Of a stretch of 64,000 nt of DNA, positions 37,101-48,200 are shown piece after piece; positions within the stretch are counted from its first letter, which is position 1, and the number at the start of each line of letters is the position of its first letter. This stretch comes from a virus. Below the pieces are notes generated by a model, which saw nothing but the letters and a program-made list of their open reading frames with translations, was not told the DNA's origin and ran no database searches. The position numbers and the translations under genes are program-made. The stretch is taken from IMG/VR virus record IMGVR_UViG_3300045256_000058, positions 1 to 64,000 of that record. The stretch is one strand, 5' to 3'.

Positions 37101-39109
37101 TACCATTCTGCTTCATCTGATGAGATAGAAGAAGAAATATCTTTCTTTAGGATTGCTAGTATTCTCGCTCTAGGAGGGGCTAGTTTATTAGCAGCTAATG
37201 GCAGAGGTTGCAATGAATTTTCGTAGAAATAATTATTACTTGACACTAGATTGTATCTAACTTCATTAGTGACTCTGACTCCTTTTATCCCGAATGATAT
37301 TAGAGAATTAATAGTATCTCCTGATTTTCTACCTGCAATTTTATTATATGTACCACCAATCTTTAGACTTAGATTGTTAGTGTATTGATACAAGTCATAG
37401 GCAAATGGAATTGTTTTTTGTACAACTCCGTTTACTAACACATAAATATTATCGTTGTAGCGACAAATGGCAATATGAGTATTTGGTTCGTCATATCCAG
37501 CATTGTACTTAATACTGTCATAGTCAGTTAATCCACTAATACTTGCTCCTCTTTGCATGAAAAATTTAATTTCATTATCGGGAAGTATTTTAGAAGGAGT
37601 TCCACCAAATCCACCAGATAACCCTTCATTCCAATTAATATTTGCTTCAGAAGGATATGTAAGCCAATCCGTACCATTACTAGAAGTTAAAAGAGAGTAA
37701 TATACGCCAGGAGTATTTTTAGTAAGTACGTTTAGATTTACTTTGAGTATTTTTTTGTTATTGCTGTCTAATTCAATGAGAGGTACTTGTTCATATACTT
37801 CATCAGTATTTATGTATTGAATACCATATACATCAGTAAGAAATGACCGTAAACTTCTTCTATTTTCAGCTAAATAATCTCTACTTGGTATTCCATTGAT
37901 AAAAGTAGAAATATAAAACTCAATTGTCCAAGCATCTCCTAATTCAGCACCTATAGTTTTAGTGATGTATTCATTTACACCATCTAGCTCAATAAAACCA
38001 GTTGAAGTATTAGGTACTGTTCTTAGTAACTCTTTATTTGTAAAGTGAGCAGAATAAGAAGAATAATCGTAAACATCATATAAAGCTGGGATGTTAAATA
38101 ATACGTCTTCATAATAACTATCAATTTTATTTCCTATCGGAGTAACTAACGGTAACGGTAAGTTTACTGTATAGAAGGACTGTAAATATCTCGCAGCTTT
38201 AGTAATTCTAAAGTTTGAGATACCTCCTGAAAAAGAAGTATCAATAATATTCTCAGTTGTATCATATGGAGTGAATCCAGAAAAAGGAAACTGAGTATGA
38301 TGAACGTGTGCCCCTATTACCAGCGTATCTCGTAAAGTAGAAGCCGAATTATACCCATTACTTAATGTAAAGTTATAACTAAAAGTATTAATTAGTTGAC
38401 CGTTTTGATAGTAATATAGAGTATTTCCTCGTCTTTCTAACGAAATTGTATACCAAGTATTTTTTACTAAGGGTGCAGAAGTAAGTGTAATTAGATTTCC
38501 AGCAGCAGTATGTACTAATTGACCAGCTACTAGAAATAAACCAAACCCACCCAAATATCCGTTGTAATTAATTGAAGTTGCTACACTAGCTAAATCAGAA
38601 ATACTTCCTTTAGATAAAGCCGACCCTATACAGAATAATGTCTGCCATCTCCAAGGTAATGCAGTCTCATCAGTATAAAAAGTAAGGTCAATTGTAAACT
38701 CATCTGTTCCTAAACTGAAATCAGGATTACCACCATAAAGTACTTCAAAATAAGAAGGATTTACAATAGATGTCCATTGACTTGAGTTAATTTCTGCAAG
38801 TCTTAGAGTATGATTTCGTTTGTTTGGTAGTGTTAGAAAAGTATCTACATTAATGTCTCCAGTACTAGGTAATATTGGATAATCCGTATTTCCATTACTA
38901 ATTACTGTAGGAGCAGAGTCAGAATCAGTACCAGTAAAACTACGTACTTGATACTGATATTTTGAATAATCTCTATATACTGGTAAACCTCTTGAATTTG
39001 TAGACCCATCTAGTCTTAAACATAAAACAACATCATTCCAATACGGGTCTTCGACTATTGGTGCAGAAGCACTGTTCAATAGATATTGTATAAACGTATT
39101 CTTATTCAT
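34118..39109 (-). CDS. large tail protein with LamG, Ig-like (Big) and FN3 domains
   Basis: DPYW..V.L...DG; repeated FTI(D/E)F...ISNFRITK.ARY; F.V.L.F.E Ig-like repeats; FN3 module. Confidence 0.8.
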   Translation of the reverse strand: MNKNTFIQYLLNSASAPIVEDPYWNDVVLCLRLDGSTNSRGLPVYRDYSKYQYQVRSFTGTDSDSAPTVISNGNTDYPILPSTGDINVDTFLTLPNKRNHTLRLAEINSSQWTSIVNPSYFEVLYGGNPDFSLGTDEFTIDLTFYTDETALPWRWQTLFCIGSALSKGSISDLASVATSINYNGYLGGFGLFLVAGQLVHTAAGNLITLTSAPLVKNTWYTISLERRGNTLYYYQNGQLINTFSYNFTLSNGYNSASTLRDTLVIGAHVHHTQFPFSGFTPYDTTENIIDTSFSGGISNFRITKAARYLQSFYTVNLPLPLVTPIGNKIDSYYEDVLFNIPALYDVYDYSSYSAHFTNKELLRTVPNTSTGFIELDGVNEYITKTIGAELGDAWTIEFYISTFINGIPSRDYLAENRRSLRSFLTDVYGIQYINTDEVYEQVPLIELDSNNKKILKVNLNVLTKNTPGVYYSLLTSSNGTDWLTYPSEANINWNEGLSGGFGGTPSKILPDNEIKFFMQRGASISGLTDYDSIKYNAGYDEPNTHIAICRYNDNIYVLVNGVVQKTIPFAYDLYQYTNNLSLKIGGTYNKIAGRKSGDTINSLISFGIKGVRVTNEVRYNLVSSNNYFYENSLQPLPLAANKLAPPRARILAILKKDISSSISSDEAEWYVYVTQPIDNLVLADFSLTQLDGISGASLTSLTKINNYVYSLKASTGTGNGTLQANFVDRKTVRYADTNTYISYAIGELSFEGEAYRVNKNAPVPLLSSGSSPYIADIFTVTLRFDAAIANFDPSKIGIVNGKLSQLRFIDEDNHIYELDIEPIKQDPVIVQVMEGCASTSTGIFSTKSAPLVRIYSDSFPILQTPLSISTTLNDLSPSKLLLFEVISNNTSFSNAIAPLGETSSLAVSPLLEQSGLTYDNFNAVASTYTTAINQDWTIEFFLRINSTQNTTTKKSHILSVENAQTGFALFADNGQLKFQRSATNISNLFPSITWNDRDTTDFIAWDNDSYSQLRKYPHFAITKKDNVYRFYRNGIRVGIVQSNTAIDITKGDLFIGYYPNRVDDVDFFISNIRFTLGKALYTAYSVNVPGLPFEEVPNITDETQLLSYISIYSNNNISSVATAGNKITLKFTSIIPLVGLPTVLIAGHTADVVAKPYNEYIATLDITDSFSDGQCNFSIAISDQPGIPDKTFTATTNNSAVFIDNTSVTATLSTSQPDDNSYTFPVLLTFSEPIQLFTLDKLTLTNCKVSNLLKYPNESKYSFYVTALSTGDVTVELPTHTIQDLAGTYNTAGTSLTRAAEVPDYIPDTNYSNVLVLLQPEDVNIVDESIHNLDITATNVSVVNDTSPIGLAKSIYFNGKDSSLSFNLSDTLQSNSEYTIEFYMNSKSSTVFRLARPTALPASSVTSNSFDANWDEVDEANGYTLDVAMESSFNTFVPGYKNLYVGDTTSFNIFSEKLAFLPEANKAKIIAPKGFAFDWDYNNTDKIGYVIDVALDSNFSSKLYNYDTRFTVVPYKVVGNLKYGLSQVYSDDEDTSDTTLHPGQGVVLTGLLSNNSYPKLYYFLEESTIRLYKNDNYTLPAIAEDIDTNEWLHIAIVNTVKYTYLYVNGKLEDKVRNVGFSTDFDIGYSIGHFYGYITGLRITKGVARYITEFLPPLLPYSKD

Positions 39110-39114
39110 TCAGA

Positions 39115-40728
39115 TTAGCCGATGTCTTTTTGTACCATAAAGCCTCTCTTTTTAAGAGTGCCTGTGCTATCTTTTATTATACTCAAGACAAACAAATCAT
39201 TCTTACCATTACCGCTTAATAGAGGTATATTACCACCAGGAAATAGAATACTTGAATGAAACTCTACTGTACCTGTATTTTGTCTTAACTCAATAATTAC
39301 GGCTTTAGATGTATTGTTACTTAGTGTCCCAGTTAGGTTAATAATAGTAGATGAACCATCATCTGTAGGCGTATTAACCACATAGTAATCGTAAACTGAT
39401 ACCGAATCCAAATTGATTGCATAAGTTTGGCTAGTTGTAATATTTACTGTAGTAGTTTTAATGTTCGGAGTAAATGCAAGGACTACTTCATTCGATAACT
39501 TAGCTAAAGTAATACTTTCTGCTGGTACACTGCTTGATTTAACTATCCATCTACCGCTTACTGGATTTGAATTAGGTGTAATTACCGTGTCACCATCATC
39601 ATCCGTTGTACTATCCGGGTCAAATACATAGTCTTGCCGTTGTGTAGTTACATAACGTGATTGACCTGCAATATATGAACCACTAGGTAATGCTCTCAGC
39701 GCATCTAAGTCAGCAACAGGTTCACCAACATAAGCGAGAGATTCAATCGTTGTATACGCACTAATCTTTGGATATAGTGATACATAAGTACCTTTTGTAA
39801 TTGCTGAAATAAGCGCTACATTAGGTGTTACTTTAAGTACGAATACTGAGTTTGCTGGAAGTGTTTTACTTAATCGAATTTTAGTATCAGGATATGTAAC
39901 AACAGTATTTACATAATCGATACCAGTTGTGTCTAATAAAAACGTATCTAAACTTAAATACCCAAGTACTTCGACATCAAATGTACAATCAAGAGTACTA
40001 TCTGATACATATGCGTTTAACTGTAACTCTCCTGCTTCTAATCCAGCTACCGCATTATTATGAATGTAATATTTAATAGCTACAGGGTCTTGTGTCACAG
40101 ACGGTAAAGCAGCATTTAGAAACTCATCTTTAGTGACTTGATAAATTTCTTTAGTAGCATTTGTATCGGTTTCATTCAAAGAATTAGAACTAACTAGTTT
40201 CCAGATTCCCTCTGAGCCAGCAATTACTGTAATATTGTCTACTGTTAATACTTCAGTAGATGTAAACTCATATATCTTATTTACGGCGGTTACTTTAATG
40301 CGATAGCCATCAGATGCGCCAAGTGAGTTTAAGTCTGTAATAGCAGCAACTTCAGTAGACCCATTTAATACTCTGTCTGAATTAATAATGACATCACTAA
40401 TAGTAATTGGAGTTACTTGGTCATCTTCATAAAGTCTTTGTTTATAGATAATATGACCTGTATTGAAATTATTTGTAGTATTTGCAACCACATAAATATA
40501 ACGCCAATCTTCATATCCAAAAGTAGCAAATGAACTAGCCGAAATTGTAATCTGTTTATTATTTGGAATAGAGATAGAAGTAGGTTCAGAAGCACTGTTA
40601 CATCCTACTCTGTTTCTAGCCTTTAACCAAAAATAGTAAGTAGTATTACCACCTTGAATAGTTCCTGATTGAAGAGTAATAGTAGGAGCGGGTAAAGTAC
40701 TTCTACCGTGAGCATATGTTGACTTCAT
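39115..40728 (-). CDS. tail fibre/baseplate-associated protein
   Basis: 'DLDALRAL...DDG.TVI...GRW' domain; C-terminal FPGG..P.LS..G..D. Confidence 0.6.
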   Translation of the reverse strand: MKSTYAHGRSTLPAPTITLQSGTIQGGNTTYYFWLKARNRVGCNSASEPTSISIPNNKQITISASSFATFGYEDWRYIYVVANTTNNFNTGHIIYKQRLYEDDQVTPITISDVIINSDRVLNGSTEVAAITDLNSLGASDGYRIKVTAVNKIYEFTSTEVLTVDNITVIAGSEGIWKLVSSNSLNETDTNATKEIYQVTKDEFLNAALPSVTQDPVAIKYYIHNNAVAGLEAGELQLNAYVSDSTLDCTFDVEVLGYLSLDTFLLDTTGIDYVNTVVTYPDTKIRLSKTLPANSVFVLKVTPNVALISAITKGTYVSLYPKISAYTTIESLAYVGEPVADLDALRALPSGSYIAGQSRYVTTQRQDYVFDPDSTTDDDGDTVITPNSNPVSGRWIVKSSSVPAESITLAKLSNEVVLAFTPNIKTTTVNITTSQTYAINLDSVSVYDYYVVNTPTDDGSSTIINLTGTLSNNTSKAVIIELRQNTGTVEFHSSILFPGGNIPLLSGNGKNDLFVLSIIKDSTGTLKKRGFMVQKDIG

Positions 40729-40919
40729 CTACAAAATCCCGATGTTATTTTTGATTGTTTAGATAAAGGAATACTAATTTCAACACCTTTATGCGTAACC
40801 TTGTATCTATCGCCTTCACTAATTATAACAGGGCGTAAATTCTTAAAGGCTTGTTGAAAGTTCGTCATAGTCTGCGAACTAATGTTGTTAATTCTAATCG
40901 TTGTAGGAAATGATGCCAT
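40725..40919 (-). CDS. hypothetical protein
   Basis: Translationally coupled on both sides. Confidence 0.55.
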   Translation of the reverse strand: MASFPTTIRINNISSQTMTNFQQAFKNLRPVIISEGDRYKVTHKGVEISIPLSKQSKITSGFCR

Positions 40920-43558
40920 TATGAGTTACTATCCAACCATCTAGAGAAGTTTGCAGGAATTTGATTTAGAGGAGTACCGTATGTTTGACCAAGTATAGGA
41001 TTAATGAGTACTTTTACTGACTCTTGATTGTTATTTTCATCAGCAATCTGTACTGTTCGTGAACTTATCCCTACACCTACTAATGCTCCACATTCTACTT
41101 GAATATTTTGAGGAAAAGGTATTCCATTAGAGTATTGAACAACTTGTGTAGCTCTTTTTACCACCCAAGCCCCAGGTGTTCCCGGTAGATTACATCCTGT
41201 ATTTATAATACTGCGACCAGAGAAGCTAGTAAATGATAGCTCTGCTGATGCTGTACTTCCACTCATGAGTACATCTAGTCTAAGCTTATTTGCGGCTCCT
41301 CTTAGTGCTTCATCGATGTTTTGAGCAGCAGATACACTTACTGAACCCATAATTTCAGCACCATTGGCAATATTAGAGGTTACATAAGTAATGCTGTTAG
41401 AAAGAGGATTATTTTCATTGCCGTTCTTTACTTCTTCATATACAGGTTTTCTAAGTGTCGCTTTTGGAGGTCTACCATCAGCCAGTGTAAATGTAGTAGT
41501 AGTTAAATGCGATTTATATGAATGGTCTTGAGCGACTCTTAAAGATATCAAGCTAGTATACTGGTCATCTCTTTCTATTCGTTTTGCAGGATATGAAGCA
41601 GCTACTTTTGATGTGTCTACTTTTTGTACTGGAATACTTTTGATACCATAATCTCCAATGGTCATATAATCATGCGACTTATAATACGTACCAGGGGCAC
41701 TTTGTCCTGTTTCCACAGCAGCAATAATCTCATTAATATCCGCATACGCAGTATAACTAAGACCAATCGTATCTCTAGTATTCTTTGATGGTAATACGCT
41801 ATATTTTGTTAGTTCATATTCATCACTACCAGTAAGTACGGTAAGAGGATTAGAGCCAAAGTAATTTCTAGCGTTGATATTGTAGTTTGGGTTCCCAGAT
41901 ATACCTACTGAACTCTTAAATCTACTTCTAGCAATAATCATTAGATTAGGCATCCAATTAGGGTCAGGAAACAATACAGGTACAGGAGTATCATCTCCCT
42001 CTCCTGATTTATTATCTAATTGACTCTTTGGAATATACTGTACTTCCCAATCAATTTCATCTTCGTCTTTATAGTACTTAGAATAAGGTTCAAGAGCATA
42101 ATCTACCTGCTCCCATAGTGGAATCTTTCTATATAGATACTGTTCTAGGTTTACTTTCGCATAGTAAAGTGTCCAGAAGTACTGTTGTCTAGTTAGAAAA
42201 TCAGTGCCTAGTAATAAATCTTTAGTTTGAATAAGAGTCTTTAATGCTAACCAAGCGGCAATACTTCCATTAGCCCAGTTACTAGGGTCTTCTTGAGCAA
42301 ATCTTTTAATTTCCCATCCGGTACTAATTTCTCTTTTTAGATATTGAAGATTAGTATTTAGATACTTTTGATACTCAGGAGGTATAATTACAGGTTCTAA
42401 TGTACCATCCTCTTTTTTTAGCATCGGAGAAATGTTAGGAGTAAAAGATTCATAAACATAAGTAGTTGACTTAATACTTAATAGTCTCCAAACCATAGGA
42501 CGACTGAAATTAGCTTCATCTGGATACCCTAACTTATCTGCTTTTAATGCATTGAGTACATCTTGATAAGCATTATCACTCTCTTGAATATTATCTTTCA
42601 TTAGAGCGAGAACCACATCAGTTTGACTATTAGGTTTTTCGGGGTCTTCTACAAGCTCCAAAGCTGTATGTGCAAATCCAAACACACCAGATAATTCGTA
42701 TGCTGGTTCTCCCCATTTATACTTAGTAATCTTAAATTCTTTTACTGTTCCAGAATTGTCTATCATAATACTCAAATCTCTGGGAAAGATGTCAGCATTT
42801 TGAGCTTCTGGAGGGGGTAAATGAGGTTGATATGCACCTTCGTAGATTACATACTCTTGGTCTTTAATCTCTTGATATTTTTTTTGATTTAGACTATTAT
42901 CGTATTCTTGTTTCTTTGACCACTCTAGAATAGTGTTCTTGTAACAGGGGATAGTATTATATCCGTAAGTAATATTACTAACTACTTTTCCGTTAGTTCC
43001 TCCACCACCTAATCCTCGAAAAGTAAGTGTTGACCCAGAGAATGAATATACTAACCCAAGAATTTCAATTTTATCGTCTACAAATTGTTTAATTGTGGCT
43101 GTTTCTTCTGGAGAAGGTACTTTAGATGTTTCAAATATAAAACCAGGAGGAGCGACATTTCCGGGTAATCCTGCTCTACCTGTAGCAAATGATACCAGAG
43201 AACCGATATTGAAGAATAAAGATGTTTGAGTCTTTTTTACAGCACTTCCTTTATGAGAATCCACAAAATCTTTCATATTAATTGGATACTCGTAAATAAG
43301 CTTAGACACATGAGTACAGCTATATGTTACTTCATTAGTCTTACCTTGATATTCAATTAAATTTTTATTAATCGTTACACCATCTACATAAAATGTAAGA
43401 CCACCAATAGAAATAAGACTACGTACAGGTCTAGTTACTGGTGAATCTGTGTACTCTATGATATTTAATTTAGGGTAATCGTTTATACCCTCTTCTAAAG
43501 TAATAGCTCCGTGTTGGATTTTTAGTCCAAAATCGGCACTTTTATAATTGGTTTTCAC
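40919..43558 (-). CDS. putative tail tip/hub protein
   Basis: 879 aa; position downstream of the tape measure; GTG start. Confidence 0.5.
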   Translation of the reverse strand: MKTNYKSADFGLKIQHGAITLEEGINDYPKLNIIEYTDSPVTRPVRSLISIGGLTFYVDGVTINKNLIEYQGKTNEVTYSCTHVSKLIYEYPINMKDFVDSHKGSAVKKTQTSLFFNIGSLVSFATGRAGLPGNVAPPGFIFETSKVPSPEETATIKQFVDDKIEILGLVYSFSGSTLTFRGLGGGGTNGKVVSNITYGYNTIPCYKNTILEWSKKQEYDNSLNQKKYQEIKDQEYVIYEGAYQPHLPPPEAQNADIFPRDLSIMIDNSGTVKEFKITKYKWGEPAYELSGVFGFAHTALELVEDPEKPNSQTDVVLALMKDNIQESDNAYQDVLNALKADKLGYPDEANFSRPMVWRLLSIKSTTYVYESFTPNISPMLKKEDGTLEPVIIPPEYQKYLNTNLQYLKREISTGWEIKRFAQEDPSNWANGSIAAWLALKTLIQTKDLLLGTDFLTRQQYFWTLYYAKVNLEQYLYRKIPLWEQVDYALEPYSKYYKDEDEIDWEVQYIPKSQLDNKSGEGDDTPVPVLFPDPNWMPNLMIIARSRFKSSVGISGNPNYNINARNYFGSNPLTVLTGSDEYELTKYSVLPSKNTRDTIGLSYTAYADINEIIAAVETGQSAPGTYYKSHDYMTIGDYGIKSIPVQKVDTSKVAASYPAKRIERDDQYTSLISLRVAQDHSYKSHLTTTTFTLADGRPPKATLRKPVYEEVKNGNENNPLSNSITYVTSNIANGAEIMGSVSVSAAQNIDEALRGAANKLRLDVLMSGSTASAELSFTSFSGRSIINTGCNLPGTPGAWVVKRATQVVQYSNGIPFPQNIQVECGALVGVGISSRTVQIADENNNQESVKVLINPILGQTYGTPLNQIPANFSRWLDSNS

Positions 43559-44329
43559 TTATAAAACTTGGTAAATATAACTACTATTAATTATAAACCC
43601 TGTTTTATCTATGGCTGTAAAGAAGTCATTTCGATAATACTCTTGACCTCTTTCGGTAATAAGCATATCAATATCTGACCAATTACTAATAGTATGTGTG
43701 TATGTATTTACTGTTTTTCTACTTACACTTAGATGATTATTAAACACATAAGTAATCGCATCCGTAGAATCAATGAGTTTATATCTTAGATGTACTTTTA
43801 CGGATGTAGAGGGTGTAATTGTAGCAGCTAAGAGAAATTCTTTAGTGACCACTTGATAATCATTTTCAAAGGCACTCTTAAATTGTAACTGAGTAACAAT
43901 ATCGTTGTTCCCAATAAAAGGATAAATGTCCTTAAGTGTAGACATATTACTAATCTCATACTCAACCTCTAAATAAATATCTTCATTGATAGGGCTGAAA
44001 ATATAGATAGCGTCTAAAGTGTTCTTTTGATAGAAACTAATCGGAGAGATATACTGACGTTCAGTATTTAATGTCTCTAATGTCGCATCTTCATATGTAT
44101 CTGTATCAGAAGTAATACTAACAATGCGAGTATTAGCATTTATGCTTGCAAATAAATTGCTTTCAAATGAAGGTGTAAACTCAATCTTAAATAAATAGAT
44201 TGGAGTACTATCTAGAGTATTGACAGTATATGAATCATAGTCATCTATAGATACAAAGTCTTCTGGCTCAATATCTGTAGTAACAAATACGGGTTGTATT
44301 TTAGAAACTGTAGTGTCAGTAGTCCACAT
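43559..44329 (-). CDS. putative tail protein
   Basis: Position in the tail operon. Confidence 0.45.
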   Translation of the reverse strand: MWTTDTTVSKIQPVFVTTDIEPEDFVSIDDYDSYTVNTLDSTPIYLFKIEFTPSFESNLFASINANTRIVSITSDTDTYEDATLETLNTERQYISPISFYQKNTLDAIYIFSPINEDIYLEVEYEISNMSTLKDIYPFIGNNDIVTQLQFKSAFENDYQVVTKEFLLAATITPSTSVKVHLRYKLIDSTDAITYVFNNHLSVSRKTVNTYTHTISNWSDIDMLITERGQEYYRNDFFTAIDKTGFIINSSYIYQVL

Positions 44330-44335
44330 TGTTCT

Positions 44336-44692
44336 CTAAATCTTAATTACTGGATTGTCTAAGTCTACACCTGTCACTGACCACGAACTATACTTTTCTA
44401 CATCAGCTATTCTAAATTTAGCTCCTTGTTGAGTATCTATTACCTTCCATGTTCTACCTCTAAACGAAAAACTACTACTACCAAAAGAAGTAGGAGTAGG
44501 TTTCGGAATAGGTGGATTAGTAATACCTTTTAGAGTAATAGTAACTGTTTCGAATGAATAGCTACCACTAACCACTACGTTATTTATTTCAACAAGAGTA
44601 GTAATGTTGTTAGCTGAGATTTGTCCAAAAGATACTCCGTCATCAGGTATAGGTATTCCGAGAAGCTTCTCGTTAGAATAACGGATAGTCAT
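44336..44692 (-). CDS. tail tube/distal-tail-like protein, paralog of the next gene
   Basis: EKLLGIPIPDDGVSFG vs QKVFGVPVAPDAISQG. Confidence 0.45.
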   Translation of the reverse strand: MTIRYSNEKLLGIPIPDDGVSFGQISANNITTLVEINNVVVSGSYSFETVTITLKGITNPPIPKPTPTSFGSSSFSFRGRTWKVIDTQQGAKFRIADVEKYSSWSVTGVDLDNPVIKI

Positions 44693-44713
44693 ATCTTTAG
44701 TCTGCTAGTTAGT

Positions 44714-45115
44714 TTAGACGCTTGCTACAACCTTATCAGTTAAGCAAGTAACCTGGAATGAGGTATAGTTTCTAGTAGTACCGCCAATATCAAGAGTACC
44801 TCCATCTTGATAGCCAATAGGTACGCACTTAGCATCTCTGTACGTGAAGATTCCTTCTCCACTTGGGTTAGTCATATCGATTTCACCCTTAGCTAGAGAT
44901 TCAGCATTTGCGTCACATACTGCAACGATTTCTGCTGCCTTAGCTTCGTTAATACCTCTAAGGTCGAAAGTGTATGTCTTCATGTTCAAGTTAATATTTT
45001 GAACATAATCTCCCGTAATAGCCGGATAAGACGCTAAACTTGTTGACCCTTGTGAGATAGCATCAGGAGCTACAGGTACACCAAATACTTTTTGATATTT
45101 AATACTTAAAGTCAT
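44714..45115 (-). CDS. putative tail tube/distal tail protein
   Basis: Start reassigned to ATG at 45115 (MTLSIKY); paralog of 44336-44692. Confidence 0.45.
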   Translation of the reverse strand: MTLSIKYQKVFGVPVAPDAISQGSTSLASYPAITGDYVQNINLNMKTYTFDLRGINEAKAAEIVAVCDANAESLAKGEIDMTNPSGEGIFTYRDAKCVPIGYQDGGTLDIGGTTRNYTSFQVTCLTDKVVASV

Positions 45116-45220
45116 GTTTAGTTTTAGTTCCTTTGAGTGTAGAAATAGATAGGTCTGAAGTATAGACACTAGCTATCTTTTAGTATGATAATACTATTAA
45201 TATAATACCAGATGTAAATA

Positions 45221-48200
45221 TTACACTCCTCTAGCGTATTTTAGGAGTTGTTGAGACATCTGAGTACTTGTAATTTCAAGTCCTTTATTAATTTGTGTTT
45301 TAACTTGATTTGTAATATCGCCTAGTTTTGCAGCATCTTCTTTGCTTACATTAATATTGACTTGAACATTAGGACTTAAAGCTACGTTGGGTGATGATGT
45401 ACCTTGTGTAGCAGGATTAGAATTAGGTAGCCCTCTTAATCCTCCACCATCTCTAATTGAGTTAAGAGTATCAAGCATTTGACCGAAACTTTTATCTTGA
45501 CGTAATGGAGTTGAATCATAATTAATTTCTTTACTATTACGTAGAAGATTCTTAGTATCCAACAGTGCTTCTTTTTGTAAATCAAAATTAGCAGGACTAC
45601 GATTTTGACCTAGAATACCCAATCTATTCTTAGCACCTTCTCTACGAATATTTAGTTCTGTTAAGTCTTGATTAGTAAATACACTGTCTATCTTCTGTCT
45701 GTTTAGCTGTTGTCTAGCAGCAGTGAACTGTTGACCTTCCTTAAATGCAGCAGGTAAACCTTGTAATTGTTTTTTAATTTCATCAGATGCATTAAATTGT
45801 GCTTTACCGCCTGATGCAACACTAACTAAATCACTTAACAATGCTGTCTGAGTAAGCGAATTCTCATAAGCTTTTTGTTCTAACTCAAGCTGTAAATCCA
45901 TTACTTTTAAGTCAATAATTTCTTTCTTAGACTCAGTACGACTTTGGGCTAATTTAATCTTGTCATCTTCTTTAGATTGCTTTACATCTAAACGTTGTTG
46001 GACGATATTAGCAGCAGGATTATTCTGACCTAGAAAACCAAGTAATCCAGACTGTAGTGAAGATATTGATTTGTTGTTTTCAGAGGCTACTTCACGTTGC
46101 TTTTGGTCAAAATCCAATTTATCTTTGAATAAGTCAGCTTGCTTACCAATCTTGTCTGTTACTTCAGCTACTCTAGAAGCAAATACTGTTAGTTTTTGAT
46201 TTACAGTTTCTAATGCTAGACTTTGTGCTGCTGCTGATTTTTGAGCTTCACCTTCTACTCTTGTTCTTTCCGCAATTGCTTGAGCTTCACGTACAGTCTC
46301 ATCAGAAGCGCCACTTTTTTTAATACCCTCTGCCGCTTTTTGTGCTGCATCAATACGTGCATCTATTGTTCGTACTTCTTTATCATATTCCGCACCAGGC
46401 TTATTTAGAGAAGCTGTAGCAGTAGTAGAAATGCGGCTTAGAGTAGAACCAACACTTGATGTCTTAAATAAACTTCCAGCAGTAGATGATAGATTGTTAA
46501 AGCTAGTAATTACTCGTTCATTTGCTGCAATTTGATTATCTCTAACTTGATTTTCTTCTTCAATCTTTAATGCTGCGGCTTCTGCTGCTGCATTTACTTT
46601 CTTTAGTGCGGCTTCAGTTTTAATTGAAGAAACTTCGCTAGGTAACTCTTTCTTTGCGGCATCTAATGCTTTACCAATTTGTTCAGCTTGCTCACCACTT
46701 GCAGAAGCTAGAGCATCTTCTAATGCTTTTACCTTCGCATTAGCCTTATCGATAGCTTGATTTGCTTCTGTATCAATTTGTCTATCTGGATTCTTAATTT
46801 GAGTAGCTAATCTCTTAAATCCACTTGAGGCAATTGAGCCAGAAAATAGTGAGTTACTAGCTAGTGATTCAAATTGGTCAGCAACTTTATTTGTTTGCTC
46901 AATCAATTTGTTTCTAGCTGCGTATTCTTCATCTACTGATGCTGCTGCATTTTCAAGTGCAGTTGATAGTTTTTGAGCTTGTAACTCAGCTACTTTTGAT
47001 TGCAATTCAGCTTTTCTAGGTGCAGCAGTTGCAGGGTCTTCTAATTCTTTTTTAATGTTGTCAATTTGAGCAGTTAGATTCTTTTGTAGAAGTTCATCTA
47101 ATTGCTTTGTTAACCCACCTCTTGCTACTCCACTAGACTTAAGTACATTTAGAATAGCTGTGTCTGAGGATTGTTGAAACTGTAGAACACTTTGATTTGC
47201 TTCAGTAATTGCTGTCTTTAATTCTGTATATCTCTTTCTAAGTCCTGGGTCAGAGGCAAGTAACTTATTAAAATCAGCACCAGCAGCATTTAATGTACCT
47301 TCTAAATCAGAAAGTAGTTTGTTAGCTGATGCAGGGTCTAGAGATACTTGTGTTTCAATAGCTCCTAGTGAATTACTAATTTGAGGAATTAAATCATAAA
47401 ACTTACTAGGGTCAAGTAATTTACCGCTAAATACCTCACTAGCTTTCTTTCCTACATCAGAAATTTGAGATAGAACAGCAGATTCATTTTGCTTAGATAT
47501 ACTTAATGCAAGAGGTACGCTAGTATCAATAGAATTAAACTTCTTAATTAAGTTAGTACCTAGTGTAGCTTTTAATCTTTCCTCTCTAAATTTCTTTTGC
47601 TGTTCAACTTCACCTTTAGTTACTTTTAACGCAGCTTCAGCATCGGCAATATCTTTTTGACCACCACTAGCTTTGGCAGCATCATATTTTTGTTGAGCAA
47701 TTGCTACTCTCGCATCAAGTAACTCTTTTTCTAACCCAAGTTCTTTTTGTAGAGCTTGTTCATCTTGAGGTGTAATAATTTGACCTTTATCTAACTTAGC
47801 TTTAGCTGCTGTACCTTCAAGACTTAACTTACCCGAACCTGTTTCTTTACCAGAGAAACTGCTAATCTTGCTATTTAATGCTGTTTGAGCTTTATCTGCT
47901 TCCGCAGCTACCATACCGTACTTAGCCATTCCTCCAGTTACAAATCGCATAGAGTCACTGAAGTTTTTACCTACTTGTCCTGCAAAGTCTAGAAAACCAT
48001 TACCTGTCTTTGCTGTTGCGCTATTTAATCCTTCTAAATCATCTGCTAACAGTTTTAGATTAGGTGAGCTATCTAAAATTTCTTTATTTAGACCATTAAT
48101 AGCTTCACCCATAGCTTTGATGTTAGGGTTGGTACTCTTGTTCAGCATTTCACTAAACGTGCTTGCCCAACCAGTAACTACTTGGATACCAAAGGCAGCA

